Under the pieces are notes generated by a model. It did no database searches and was not told the DNA's origin. It worked only from the letters and a program-made list of their open reading frames with translations. Below, piece by piece: positions 56,301-64,000 of a stretch of DNA of 64,000 bases. Numbering within the stretch: the stretch's first letter is position 1; the number at the start of each line of letters is the position of its first letter. Location of the stretch: positions 6,714 through 70,713 of the forward strand of contig CBFIIO010000012.1 in NCBI GenBank assembly GCA_965662465.1, in the 5' to 3' direction. The position numbers and the translations under genes were made by a program. The stretch is from Planctomycetota bacterium (GTDB lineage: Bacteria; Planctomycetota; UBA1135; UBA2386).

Positions 56301-56784
56301 TCGTGCCAAGAATGATCGCCAGGAAGCTCGCGGCCTCAAGCTTGCCATTCGCTGCTGTCAGCTTTTCGTGACTGATAACCTCAGGCAGCAATCCGTATTT
56401 GCCAGGCGCAAACATTGCGCTTTGCAACCCCATGCCAACTAAGACAATGAAGGGCAACCACCCCGCAGGCTGAACCCACAGCACTAGCATCCCGAGCGCC
56501 ATCAAGCACACTTCCGCGAACTTAGTCCAAATGATCAAAGACCGCTTAGAGACGCGATCACCATAAACCATCGCCGGAATTGAGCCCAACATCAGTGGCA
56601 ACGTCAAAGCCACCATGACATTTCTAGTGACCTCCTGCTGAGCGACTTCGCCCTGCTCGGCCACAGCTGCGAACCCGATGAGCGTGATGATCATCTTGAA
56701 CGCGTTGTCGTTGAAGGCTCCGAAGAACTGCGCCGTCAGCAGCGAAGACATCGGAAAGGGTTTGGACTTAATTTCTGTGTTCAT
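53347..56784 (-). CDS. aas: triple fusion: MFS lysophospholipid transporter (LplT-like) + PlsC-type acyltransferase + acyl-ACP synthetase (Aas)
   Basis: The N-terminal ~400 aa are polytopic MFS. The acyltransferase H-x4-D motif is in PNHVSLLDG. AMP-binding motifs are LFSSGSTGEPKG and GYGATE. ORF track starts at GTG 56793; I use the ATG at 56784. Confidence 0.85.
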   Translation of the reverse strand: MNTEIKSKPFPMSSLLTAQFFGAFNDNAFKMIITLIGFAAVAEQGEVAQQEVTRNVMVALTLPLMLGSIPAMVYGDRVSKRSLIIWTKFAEVCLMALGMLVLWVQPAGWLPFIVLVGMGLQSAMFAPGKYGLLPEVISHEKLTAANGKLEAASFLAIILGTITGGFLLDTFSIADSVDSGESMVWMAGAILTVFSIVGFLASLRLPKVPASGGAEPAKVVMKAAWTAIRGDRVLWRAMLGTVAFWSIASLLGQDMMVYGKNVLMFSDTIAGLPFAIFAIGVGAGSLLAGRLSQGRIETGLVPLGAIGLALSTAAMGFYVPGVVGTAILMTVLGVSSGFIVVPLNALIQWRAPSSGRGAVIAFVNMVSFAGMMLGNFGCTWLSAAGLGSADILVAVAVVTFIATVWAICLLPDALLRLILVIVAHTLYRVRITGAEKVPETGGAMLVPNHVSLLDGLLLLAVTDRQIRFVVEQHWYERPLLKPFMKALGVIPISATGGPRLVLRALRDAGHALDAGEVVCLFAEGEITRMGSTLPFRGGFQRIVKGRNAPVIPIHLDRVYSSLGSLRQGRMQWLPNKIPCPVTVSFGDPMPNTARPEEVRTAVEQLAEGASRFRAVDLKPLHIAFIKRVRRAPWRHCLADSQGKKLSRGAALAGAVVMARRLRPHWEGQQNVGIMLPPSLGGALVAFAASLSGHTSVSLNYTVGTAAMVSAVRQADLKTLVTSQAFLDRLPKELLEGLQGLRLILLEDVMKDVTKLERLGGLMRALLWPKGMLERACGAKRRVTREDVAAILFSSGSTGEPKGIILTHQNLQANCDAIAQVLPATSADKLVGVLPMFHSFGNLSLWYAVGQGAGMVFHPNPLEAADVGHLVATNQATMLIATPTFLQLYNRRCEPGQFGSLRLVLTGAEKLTEELADAFAERFGLRPIQGYGATECAPAIAVCAPGYRAAGFYQSGSRRGSVGRPVPGVTVKIVDPDTYEPLALGKAGMVLVRGANVMQGYLGRDDLTEKAMHDGCYITGDIGRMDADGFLFLTDRLSRFSKIGGEMVPHGAIEDHLQECAGIHDRAFAVCGVPDPRKGERLAVLTTLPESELPDILEKMSLRGLPALFLPRLNQFVHSDELPLLGTGKLDLRKVKEILIAAAGDD

Positions 56785-57172
56785 GGCGTGCACCTATGGC
56801 TAACTCGACATGGGCTACTATCGCCCGGGCACTCACATTCCATTCAACATTAACGGCGACTCATTCATTAAGCTGTGCTTATTGATTGTAGGCAGCCGAT
56901 GGCAACAGATATCCAATTGACCACCACCCTGCTATCGCCATTCTACGTGGTTGCCCTCCCGATAAACTAGATTGCATTGGATCAACCAAACAAACCAAAG
57001 CAACCCGAGTGGCCAGCAAACTGACCAATCCCGCTAGGCAGCATCTGACTCTGGAGTGAATCAGCATCGCTGTACGATCTTGCATAATAAGTTGCTGTCA
57101 ACACCAAGAAACTCATCCGGCAATTCATAACCCCAGAAATACAAAGACAGGTCTGATGATAAGCTTAGCTAC

Positions 57173-58048
57173 ATGGTCGACCTGCATCGCTTAGCTGGAT
57201 TTCACCTTGTCGCGACCGAAGGCGGCTACGCAAAAGCTGCTCGGGCGGCCTCCTATCCCATCACACAACCAGCACTTCACCAGCAAGTGCGCAAACTCGA
57301 AACCGAAGTCGGGACGACGTTACTGGAGCGTGTTGGCAAAGATCGCATGCAACCGACGCCGGCTGGCGAACACTTGATGAAGTTCATCACGCCATTCTTT
57401 CGCGACCTGCCGCGCGTCGTCGACAACTTACGCACGGGCGGCTTCGATGGCTCACTAACCATCCACGCGGAATCGCTACTGATTCGGCAGCTGCTACCAA
57501 GCTGGTTACTCGCCCTACGTAAAAGGCGACCGAAAGCTCAGCTGCATCTACAAGAGCTGATCAATGTAGACATTGACCTTCTGCGTAGCGGTGCCGCCGA
57601 CGTCCTTGTCGCACATATCGCCCAGATACCGACTGACATCGCGTCCCAAGTCATCGCTACAGTCTATGCGTGCTTAGTGGTTCCGCGTGAAAAGGCAACA
57701 AAGCGCGGCCAACCTAAAATCGCAGAGCTGAGAGACATGCCGTTTCTCAGCTATCCAATAAGCAGCCAACAGCACGCCTTGCAGCTACAAGCTCTCTCGA
57801 TGCAAGGGATCAATCCAACCTCCGCAATCTATCTCGACACAGCAGATACGATCCTTGGCTACGTCGAGTCAGGCCTTGGCTGGTCGCTCATTCCAAGCCT
57901 AGATCCCGAAGGCCCGAAAGCGCGCCGCCTAGCTGCCTATCCTTGGGGTAAGCCACGCGTGACTCTGCCAATCGTGATGGCTTGGCGAAAGGATGCGCCA
58001 GAACACCCGATGCTTGACGAGATGATCAGCTGCGCACCACTGCCGTAG
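57173..58048 (+). CDS. LysR-family transcriptional regulator
   Basis: N-terminal wHTH FHLVATEGGYAKAARAASYPITQPALHQQVRKLETEVGTTLLER with a C-terminal substrate-binding domain. Divergent from the aas-fusion gene. Confidence 0.9.
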   Translation: MVDLHRLAGFHLVATEGGYAKAARAASYPITQPALHQQVRKLETEVGTTLLERVGKDRMQPTPAGEHLMKFITPFFRDLPRVVDNLRTGGFDGSLTIHAESLLIRQLLPSWLLALRKRRPKAQLHLQELINVDIDLLRSGAADVLVAHIAQIPTDIASQVIATVYACLVVPREKATKRGQPKIAELRDMPFLSYPISSQQHALQLQALSMQGINPTSAIYLDTADTILGYVESGLGWSLIPSLDPEGPKARRLAAYPWGKPRVTLPIVMAWRKDAPEHPMLDEMISCAPLP

Positions 58049-58252
58049 GACTAAGGATCTATCGATGCCATACGGGCAAACTTCTCACTGCCGGTGAGCA
58101 TAGCCAGCAACCCCACCAGCCCGACTCGGCAGGTCAACTGCAGGACCTAACCGAGACCGGATAGCCGCAATCAGTGTGTTTTCACGAGAGCTAGGGCGTT
58201 GCCCCTTGCCCAAAGACGACATTCGTCCCAAGATGTTGTGCGAAATTGCACC

Positions 58253-58474
58253 GTGACTGAAAAACCCATCAACAAGGTCTGGATCGAAGAGGGCTGCATC
58301 TCCTGCAAGCTCTGCGAGGACATTGCGCCACAAGTCTTCGAGGTTCCCGACGACGCTGACTGCGTCATCAAGCCAGACGCCGCCAGCCACTTTGGACCGC
58401 TCTCGGACGACATTGACCAAGCCGCAGACGATTGCCCTGTCGAGGTAATCCAGGTCGAACGCCGCAGCGAATAA
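58253..58474 (+). CDS. small single-cluster ferredoxin
   Basis: CISCKLCEDIAPQVFEV ... DDCPVEVIQ (CxxCxxC...CP pattern). ORF track starts at TTG 58199; the in-frame GTG at 58253 (MTEKPINKVW) is used here. Start uncertain. Confidence 0.65.
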   Translation: MTEKPINKVWIEEGCISCKLCEDIAPQVFEVPDDADCVIKPDAASHFGPLSDDIDQAADDCPVEVIQVERRSE

Positions 58475-58539
58475 GCAAATCGGCGACCCTGTCCGAGCTG
58501 CAAACAAAGCGAGGGATGTGGCGGTCAGCCGATCCAAAC

Positions 58540-58590
58540 CCCAACAGCGCCTGAAACCCAACAGCGCCTGAGACCCAACAACGCTTGCGA
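58540..58590. repeat. 17-bp tandem repeat x3 (cccaacagcgcctgaaa / ..gaga / cccaacaacgcttgcga)
   Basis: Read directly: units at 58540-58556, 58557-58573 and 58574-58590. The array ends 1 nt before the metH stop codon (58592-58594), in the spacer between convergent genes. Confidence 0.85.
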
Positions 58591-58591
58591 C

Positions 58592-61500
58592 CTAGTAAGT
58601 CGCGGAAACGTTGAAGTACTTCGCGTCGGGATGGTGGCAGATGATTGCTGAGGTGCTCTGCTCAGGATCTAACTGAAACTCGTCGCTCAGCGAAACCCCG
58701 ATTCGTGAAGCCTCTAGCAACGGTAGCAACTTGTCTTGGTCCTCAATATTGGGACACGCCGGATAGCCAAACGAGTAGCGACTGCCTTGGTATTGCTGCC
58801 TAAACAAATCGCTGATGTCCGGTGCATCACCCGAAGCGATGTCGAGCTGCTGACGCATCCGCTTGTGCCAATACTCAGCAAGCGCCTCAGCACCTTCGAC
58901 AGAGAGGCCGTGGAAGTGCAGATAATCGTCATAGCGATTCTCGCGAAACAGACGCTCACTCTCCGTCGTTGCAACAGCGCCCATCGTGACTAGAGAAAAT
59001 CCGACCACATCCAACTGACCACTGTCTTTCTTGAGGAAGTAATCAGAGAGGCACATACGACGACCGCCGGGCTGACGAGGGAACTCAAAACGCGTCAGCT
59101 CAGACTTGTGATCTTTCGGATCCATGATCACCAGTGAATTGCGCTCGCTGTAGCACGGCCAGTAGCCGTAAACAACTCGCGGCTCGAGCGTCTTCTCGGC
59201 GCGGACCTTGTTAGCCAACTCACGAAAGCGCGGATCAACAGTCTGCTTGATGAACCTGTCATAAGAAGACTGATCTCGTTTCCCCTGCTTGTATTGCCAC
59301 TGCAGACGATAGAGAGCCTTCTTATTGACGTATTGAAGGACTGTGCCGAGATCGAGTTCCTCGGGTGTCACCACAGACGCACCCCAAAACGGCGGCGTCG
59401 GCACTACCGATGCCGGCTGCACACCACTGTCTGCATACTCCGTAAAAGCATGCTTCAGCATTTCTTCTTTCTCGGCGCGGGTCATACGGCGATGACTCGT
59501 GATGCGCTTATTCGATCCACTGCCAACAACAGTGACGCCAGCCGCGACTGGCGACTGCTGAATCGGCTTAGGATCTACGCGTCCAGTCAGCTCATCCATG
59601 ATGTGCAGACCTGAGAACGCATCCTTTCCATAAAAGACCTTGCCGCTCGTATAGGCAGCACTCAGATCTTGCTCAACATAGGCACGGTTTAGGGCTGCAC
59701 CGCCGCAAATGACTGGTGTCGTGATTCCGCGCGAGCTCATCAGCTCAAGGTTCTCGCGCATCACGACAGTCGACTTAACAAGCAAACCGCTCATGCCAAC
59801 GGCGTCAGCCTTATGCTCTTTGGCAGCTTCGAGGATCAACTCTGCAGGCACTTTAATCCCCAGGTTGACGACCTTGTAACCATTGTTGCTGACGACGATG
59901 TCGACCAGGTTCTTGCCAATGTCATGCACGTCGCCGCGGACCGTTGCGAGCACCAAAATGCCCTTCTCGTCGCCCTCAACCTTCTCCATGAATTGCTCGA
60001 GGTGTGCAACTGCACTCTTCATTGCTTCCGCACTCTGCAACACGAAAGGCAACTGCATCTCACCGGCACCGAACAACTCACCGACCACCTTCATACCCCC
60101 GAGCAAAATATCATTGATGATCTCAAGCGGAGTATAGGTCTCGCGGGCTTCATCGAGGTGCTTCGAGATGTTGATCTTATTGCCGTCAATGATGCGCTTC
60201 TTTAGGCGCTCTTCGACCGGCAATGTCATCTCGTCTGGTCCCGATCCGACCTCAATTCGCTTAGCGCCAGTAAAGCGCTCGATAAACTTAAAGAGCGGGT
60301 CGTAACTCTCGGTACGACGATCGTAGATTAGATCGAGCGTCACCTGCCTGTCATCTTCGTCAAGCTTGTGAGTCGGAATGATCTTGCTGCCATGAACGAT
60401 TGCCGAATCTAGGCCAAACTTAATCGCCTCGGCCATGTAGACAGAGTTCAGAATCTGGCGCGGATACGGATCAAGTCCAAAGCTGATATTGCTAAGGCCA
60501 AGGATCGTGCGAACCCCAGGAAGGTTCTCCTTAATGAGTTTGATGCCCTCTAGTGTCTGCAAGCCGGCATCGCGCGATGCTTCATCTCCAGAGCCAATCG
60601 TAAACGTAAGTGGATCAAAGATCAGATCCCCCGGATGCATGCCATGACGGTTTACAACGATGTCGTAGATACGACGAGCAACACGAAGCTTGGCATCGGA
60701 GGTCTTTGCCATCCCGTCTTCGTCAATCGTTAGCGCAACAAACATCGCGCCGTAGCGACGCGCCAACTTGCATAGTTCATCGGCCTTACCTTCGCCGTCC
60801 TCGAGGTTAATCGAGTTAATTATCGCACGACCAGGAACGACATGCAGCGCCTTCTCGACGACATCGATTTGTGTGCTATCAATCATCACCGGCGCCGTTA
60901 CCTGCTGCACCATCGGCTGCAACAACCTGAGCATGTCGCCGGCTTCGTCGCGCCCGACATATGCCGAGCAGATATCGAGCACATGCGACCCTTCTTTGAC
61001 CTGCTCCTTGGCCATGTGCAACATGCCTTCGACATCTTCGGCAAGCATCATCTCACGGAACTTCTTGCTGCCGTTAGCGTTCGTGCGCTCACCAACAATC
61101 AATGGACCCGTGTCTTGATCAAGCGGCACCGCGTGGAACAACGAAGCTAACTGCGGCTCGTAAGAAGTTGGGCGTGCTGTCGGCACCAAATCTTTGACAG
61201 CATCAAACATTGCCTGCACGTGCTCAGGCGTAGTTCCACAACAACCACCAATGACTGAAACACCATGCTCAGAGACGAAGCGTGCTTGGGATGTTGCGAG
61301 TTCCTTTGGAGTCAAATCGTAAACAGCGTTGCCGTTTACATTCCGCGGCAAGCCAGCATTTGGCATCACCATGATCTGACGTGTCGTCACCTGTCCAAGG
61401 AAGCGAACGGACTCCTGCATCAGGTCTGGACCCGTCGCACAATTAAGCCCTATGACGTCTACGGGCATTGCTTCGAGCGTCGTCACAGCTGCCGCGATAT

Positions 61501-62140
61501 CGCTACCCACCAACATTGTGCCGGTAGTCTCAATGGTCACCGTGCAGAAGATCGGCACTTCACGCCCCAGCTCTTCCATTGCATCGCGTGACGCGATAAT
61601 CGCCAGCTTAACCTGCAGGATATCCTGACAGGTTTCGATGTTCAGACAATCGACCCCACCAGCAATCAAGCCCTTTGCGTAAACCTTGTAAGACGCAAAC
61701 AACTCTTCCGGCGTGATGTGCCCAAGAGTGACTAGCTTCGTGCCCGGCCCCATCGATCCAGCGACAAACCGCGGCCTATCAGCCGTGCTCATGCGATCGG
61801 CAACGCGCCGCGCCAACTTGGCCGCCATCTCATTCAGTTCGAAGGATCGGTCGCCAATGTCAAACTCATCGAGGACATACGACATTCCGCCAAACGTGTT
61901 GGTCTCAACTACATCCGCGCCAGCACGGAAATAACGCTCATGAATTGTCTCGATAACATCTGGACGCGTATCTACCAGCAACTCATTGCAGCCTTCGAGA
62001 CCATTGAAATCATCAAGAGTAAGATCGGCTGAGTGGATTTCCGTCCCCATCGGGCCGTCAAATACAAGCACACGCTGGCTAAGCGCCTTGAGGATGGGAA
62101 ACTGCTGCAGTCGGGCGATGGGATCGAAGCGAGGCGACAT
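58592..62140 (-). CDS. metH: cobalamin-dependent methionine synthase
   Basis: 1182 aa with all modules. Hcy-binding module (VLVFDGPMGTE, GGCCGTTPEH), pterin-binding module, B12-binding DxHxxG (GDVHDIGKN), and AdoMet-activation domain (RYSFGYPACP). GGAG SD lies 7 nt upstream of the ATG. Confidence 0.97.
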   Translation of the reverse strand: MSPRFDPIARLQQFPILKALSQRVLVFDGPMGTEIHSADLTLDDFNGLEGCNELLVDTRPDVIETIHERYFRAGADVVETNTFGGMSYVLDEFDIGDRSFELNEMAAKLARRVADRMSTADRPRFVAGSMGPGTKLVTLGHITPEELFASYKVYAKGLIAGGVDCLNIETCQDILQVKLAIIASRDAMEELGREVPIFCTVTIETTGTMLVGSDIAAAVTTLEAMPVDVIGLNCATGPDLMQESVRFLGQVTTRQIMVMPNAGLPRNVNGNAVYDLTPKELATSQARFVSEHGVSVIGGCCGTTPEHVQAMFDAVKDLVPTARPTSYEPQLASLFHAVPLDQDTGPLIVGERTNANGSKKFREMMLAEDVEGMLHMAKEQVKEGSHVLDICSAYVGRDEAGDMLRLLQPMVQQVTAPVMIDSTQIDVVEKALHVVPGRAIINSINLEDGEGKADELCKLARRYGAMFVALTIDEDGMAKTSDAKLRVARRIYDIVVNRHGMHPGDLIFDPLTFTIGSGDEASRDAGLQTLEGIKLIKENLPGVRTILGLSNISFGLDPYPRQILNSVYMAEAIKFGLDSAIVHGSKIIPTHKLDEDDRQVTLDLIYDRRTESYDPLFKFIERFTGAKRIEVGSGPDEMTLPVEERLKKRIIDGNKINISKHLDEARETYTPLEIINDILLGGMKVVGELFGAGEMQLPFVLQSAEAMKSAVAHLEQFMEKVEGDEKGILVLATVRGDVHDIGKNLVDIVVSNNGYKVVNLGIKVPAELILEAAKEHKADAVGMSGLLVKSTVVMRENLELMSSRGITTPVICGGAALNRAYVEQDLSAAYTSGKVFYGKDAFSGLHIMDELTGRVDPKPIQQSPVAAGVTVVGSGSNKRITSHRRMTRAEKEEMLKHAFTEYADSGVQPASVVPTPPFWGASVVTPEELDLGTVLQYVNKKALYRLQWQYKQGKRDQSSYDRFIKQTVDPRFRELANKVRAEKTLEPRVVYGYWPCYSERNSLVIMDPKDHKSELTRFEFPRQPGGRRMCLSDYFLKKDSGQLDVVGFSLVTMGAVATTESERLFRENRYDDYLHFHGLSVEGAEALAEYWHKRMRQQLDIASGDAPDISDLFRQQYQGSRYSFGYPACPNIEDQDKLLPLLEASRIGVSLSDEFQLDPEQSTSAIICHHPDAKYFNVSATY

Positions 62141-63061
62141 TTAGGAACTCCGCGAGTAACCATACGCATGCACGCCCCACTATGAATCTCTTTCTACCGA
62201 CTGATGATGATCTACAAGTTGTCAGCATCAACGATCAGAGACTCGGTATGGAAATCGACAAGTGAACTCATCGCTCCTGAAACGAGCCCTAGCGATCGTG
62301 AGCTTGGAACACACCAATCATCGGAACCGGCAGCAGACGACGCCGACCACGAAAGTAACCTTCGGGCAAATGGCTTTACCGACGAACCACACCAAGGCAA
62401 GCGGACCCGCAGCCCAACAAGCTTGGTTGCTACTACGACTGGCTACCCTAGAGCCATCAAGGCGTCGCTAACTGGCGCGCTAAAACGAAAGCCAGCGTGC
62501 TGGCTAAAGACTTCACCGGCGCGAGACTTCTTCACATGCCCCACAATGCGGCAAAGCGCCCGCCCCTCTACTTCCGGATGCCCATAACCCTGAAAGGGTC
62601 GCAGCAAGCCACGTAGAAACATCAACCAGCTCGCGCCCGTTGAAGCAGAGCCAGCTCCGCCATCAACCGAATACTGCATGGACCAACGACCCCTGTGGCG
62701 CAGTCCAAAGCCACCATTGCCATGCTTCGAAGTAATCGCCCTAAATCGCACTGCGTAAGCTTCTTGGTGTGAAAAAAGTAACGCACCCCGAATGCCTCCA
62801 ATCCTGCGATCAGGCAATCACGATAGCATCCAAGCAATATCCGCAAATGACCCTTGCGACGGCAGCTTGCACATCGAAGGGCATTTCGTAGGAGACCTTG
62901 GAACATCAATTGAAAGGGTCTATCCGCGACTCCTCTAGGCCGAGTCGCGACCTCGGATATCGACAGAGGCTCAAACCAAACCCCCTAGTTCACTATGCTT
63001 GCCGGCTCGACTCCCCCCAGAATTGACGCGGGTCACGGCAAACGTGGTTCAGCGCAATCCG

Positions 63062-64000
63062 ATGAAACCAGACTTCTTTCAAACTTCGCCACCGAACTCG
63101 TCTGACCCCGCCGCCGAATTGCGAGCGGGCATTGCCGCGAAAGACTCGCAAATTGCACCTTGGTATCTATACGACGCCATCGGCTCACGCCTGTTCGACA
63201 TCATTACGATGACACCGGACTACTACCCAACTCGCACGGAGGCGGCAATCCTTGCAAAGCACTTGCCAGCGATGAGCGAAGCGACGGCAAAGCACGGGAC
63301 CATTCCAAACTGTAGCCTGATCGACCTTGGAGCAGGTAGCTGCGAGAAGGCTCCGAAACTGTTCCCGGTGGTAAAGCCCAGCCAGTATGTCCCTGTGGAT
63401 ATCTCGGTCGACTACTTAAAGGAGACCGTAGGGAGCCTGCAGCGAGAATATACGGAGATTGAGATGATTGGGGTGGGCACCGACTTTTCGCGCCATCTCG
63501 TCCTTCACGACAAGGTGAAGAAAGACCGCCGACTGTTCTTCTATCCGGGTTCGTCAATCGGCAACTTCATACCGAGCAAAGCCGGCTTGTTCCTCGAAGG
63601 AATACGTCAGCAGATGCAAGCGGATAGCGCCCTCTGGATAGGTATCGATCTGGTCAAAGACAAGCAGATCATGGAACGCGCCTACGATGACGAACTAGGG
63701 GTCACCGCAGCCTTCAATCGCAACATGCTACGGAATGTAAACAAGCTTGCAGGCACCGACTTTGCACCTTCCAAGTGGCGTCACATAAGCGTGTTCAACG
63801 ACCAAGAGAGCCGCATCGAAATGCACCTCGAAGCCAAATCTGCAATGACCGTAAGCTGGCCAAACGGCGAACGCTCGTTCGCTGCCGGGGAACGCATCCA
63901 CTCCGAATTCTCCTACAAATACACACCCGAGAGCTTCCGCAAACTGCTCGAGAATGGGGGGCTGCGCTCAATCGGCATGTGGACTGACGACAGGCAGTGG
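63062..64000 (+). CDS. egtD: L-histidine N-alpha-methyltransferase (EgtD-like), N-terminal 313 codons (3' end beyond the window)
   Basis: Absent from the ORF track (no in-window stop); the frame is open from ATG 63062 to 64000. Motifs are WYLYDAIGSRLFDIITMTPDYYPTRTE, LIDLGAGSCEK, YVPVDIS, FFYPGSSIGNF, GIDLVKD, GVTAAFNRNML, SRIEMHLE and FSYKY. Confidence 0.85.
   Translation, partial: MKPDFFQTSPPNSSDPAAELRAGIAAKDSQIAPWYLYDAIGSRLFDIITMTPDYYPTRTEAAILAKHLPAMSEATAKHGTIPNCSLIDLGAGSCEKAPKLFPVVKPSQYVPVDISVDYLKETVGSLQREYTEIEMIGVGTDFSRHLVLHDKVKKDRRLFFYPGSSIGNFIPSKAGLFLEGIRQQMQADSALWIGIDLVKDKQIMERAYDDELGVTAAFNRNMLRNVNKLAGTDFAPSKWRHISVFNDQESRIEMHLEAKSAMTVSWPNGERSFAAGERIHSEFSYKYTPESFRKLLENGGLRSIGMWTDDRQW

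Noticed and set aside
58085-58561. 158-aa minus-strand ORF (and 58171..58503) opposite the ferredoxin gene.
   Set aside because: The plus-strand frame carries a textbook CxxCxxC...CP ferredoxin pattern. The antisense translations are Ala/Arg/Gly/Leu-rich with no motif.
62141-62260. SAH, SAM-I/II or cobalamin riboswitch directly upstream of metH.
   Set aside because: I looked on the minus strand for GAGGAGCGYUGC...CAGGCUCGG (SAH), the SAM-I GGYGGAGGGA core, SAM-II AAAGCU and the B12 box. Only a generic hairpin (AUCGCU/AGCGAU around 62262-62300) was seen, with no signature strings. This is not a formal covariance-model search.
62204-62909. ORFs 62204..62587 (+), 62443..62817 (-) and 62622..62909 (-) as real genes. 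They include a possible Cys-rich zinc-ribbon-like 95-aa protein (CASC...CYRDC).
   Set aside because: They overlap each other in three frames. None has a recognisable domain, convincing RBS or typical composition. I left them unannotated and flagged the whole region as a finding instead.
1-64000. CRISPR arrays, IS elements, retrons/DGRs, prophage or toxin-antitoxin pairs.
   Set aside because: I saw no repeat-spacer architecture; the tandem repeats found are contiguous 12-17 bp units without spacers. I recognised no transposase, integrase, reverse-transcriptase, capsid or terminase motifs in any listed ORF. The lone RHH-like gene (36277..36561) has no adjacent toxin-sized partner.

Overview
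This is a gene-dense 64-kb chromosomal segment with about 50 protein genes and one tRNA. I assigned functions by reading motifs in the supplied translations and the raw sequence; no database search was possible.

The content suggests a Planctomycetota-type genome (inference). It has a PSCyt1/DUF1549/DUF1553 cytochrome-c-module protein, a formylglycine sulfatase, many secreted Kelch, FG-GAP, lectin and IPT proteins, and frequent GTG/TTG starts.

I found no rRNA, CRISPR array, transposase, integrase, phage or plasmid genes. No clear defence island is present, so most of the window is ordinary core chromosome. Recognisable genes include htpG, metH, selO, mobA, a PduO-type adenosyltransferase, proline dehydrogenase and an hbd/crotonase/MDR-dehydrogenase group. 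There are also several peptidases (S9, M64, M14, S1C), an H-NOX/hybrid-kinase pair and an LplT-PlsC-Aas fusion.

Two edge genes are missing from the ORF track because they run off the window. I recovered them by reading: a PSCyt/PSD gene at 1..1449 (-) and an EgtD-like methyltransferase at 63062..64000 (+).

I do not see compelling evidence for a completely new multi-gene system. The best candidates for a second look are:
- A translationally coupled MacB-type tripartite efflux operon bracketed by two uncharacterised cysteine-cluster proteins (36.3-43.5 kb).
- A 0.9-kb stretch with no credible gene between metH and egtD.
- A DTW (tRNA acp3U-type) protein fused to a degenerate exonuclease-like domain, next to an RNase-Z-like hydrolase.
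- A eukaryote-Dus3-like dihydrouridine synthase.
- An orphan FokI-N-like adenine methyltransferase.
- An unexplained small ORF coupled to the H-NOX operon.
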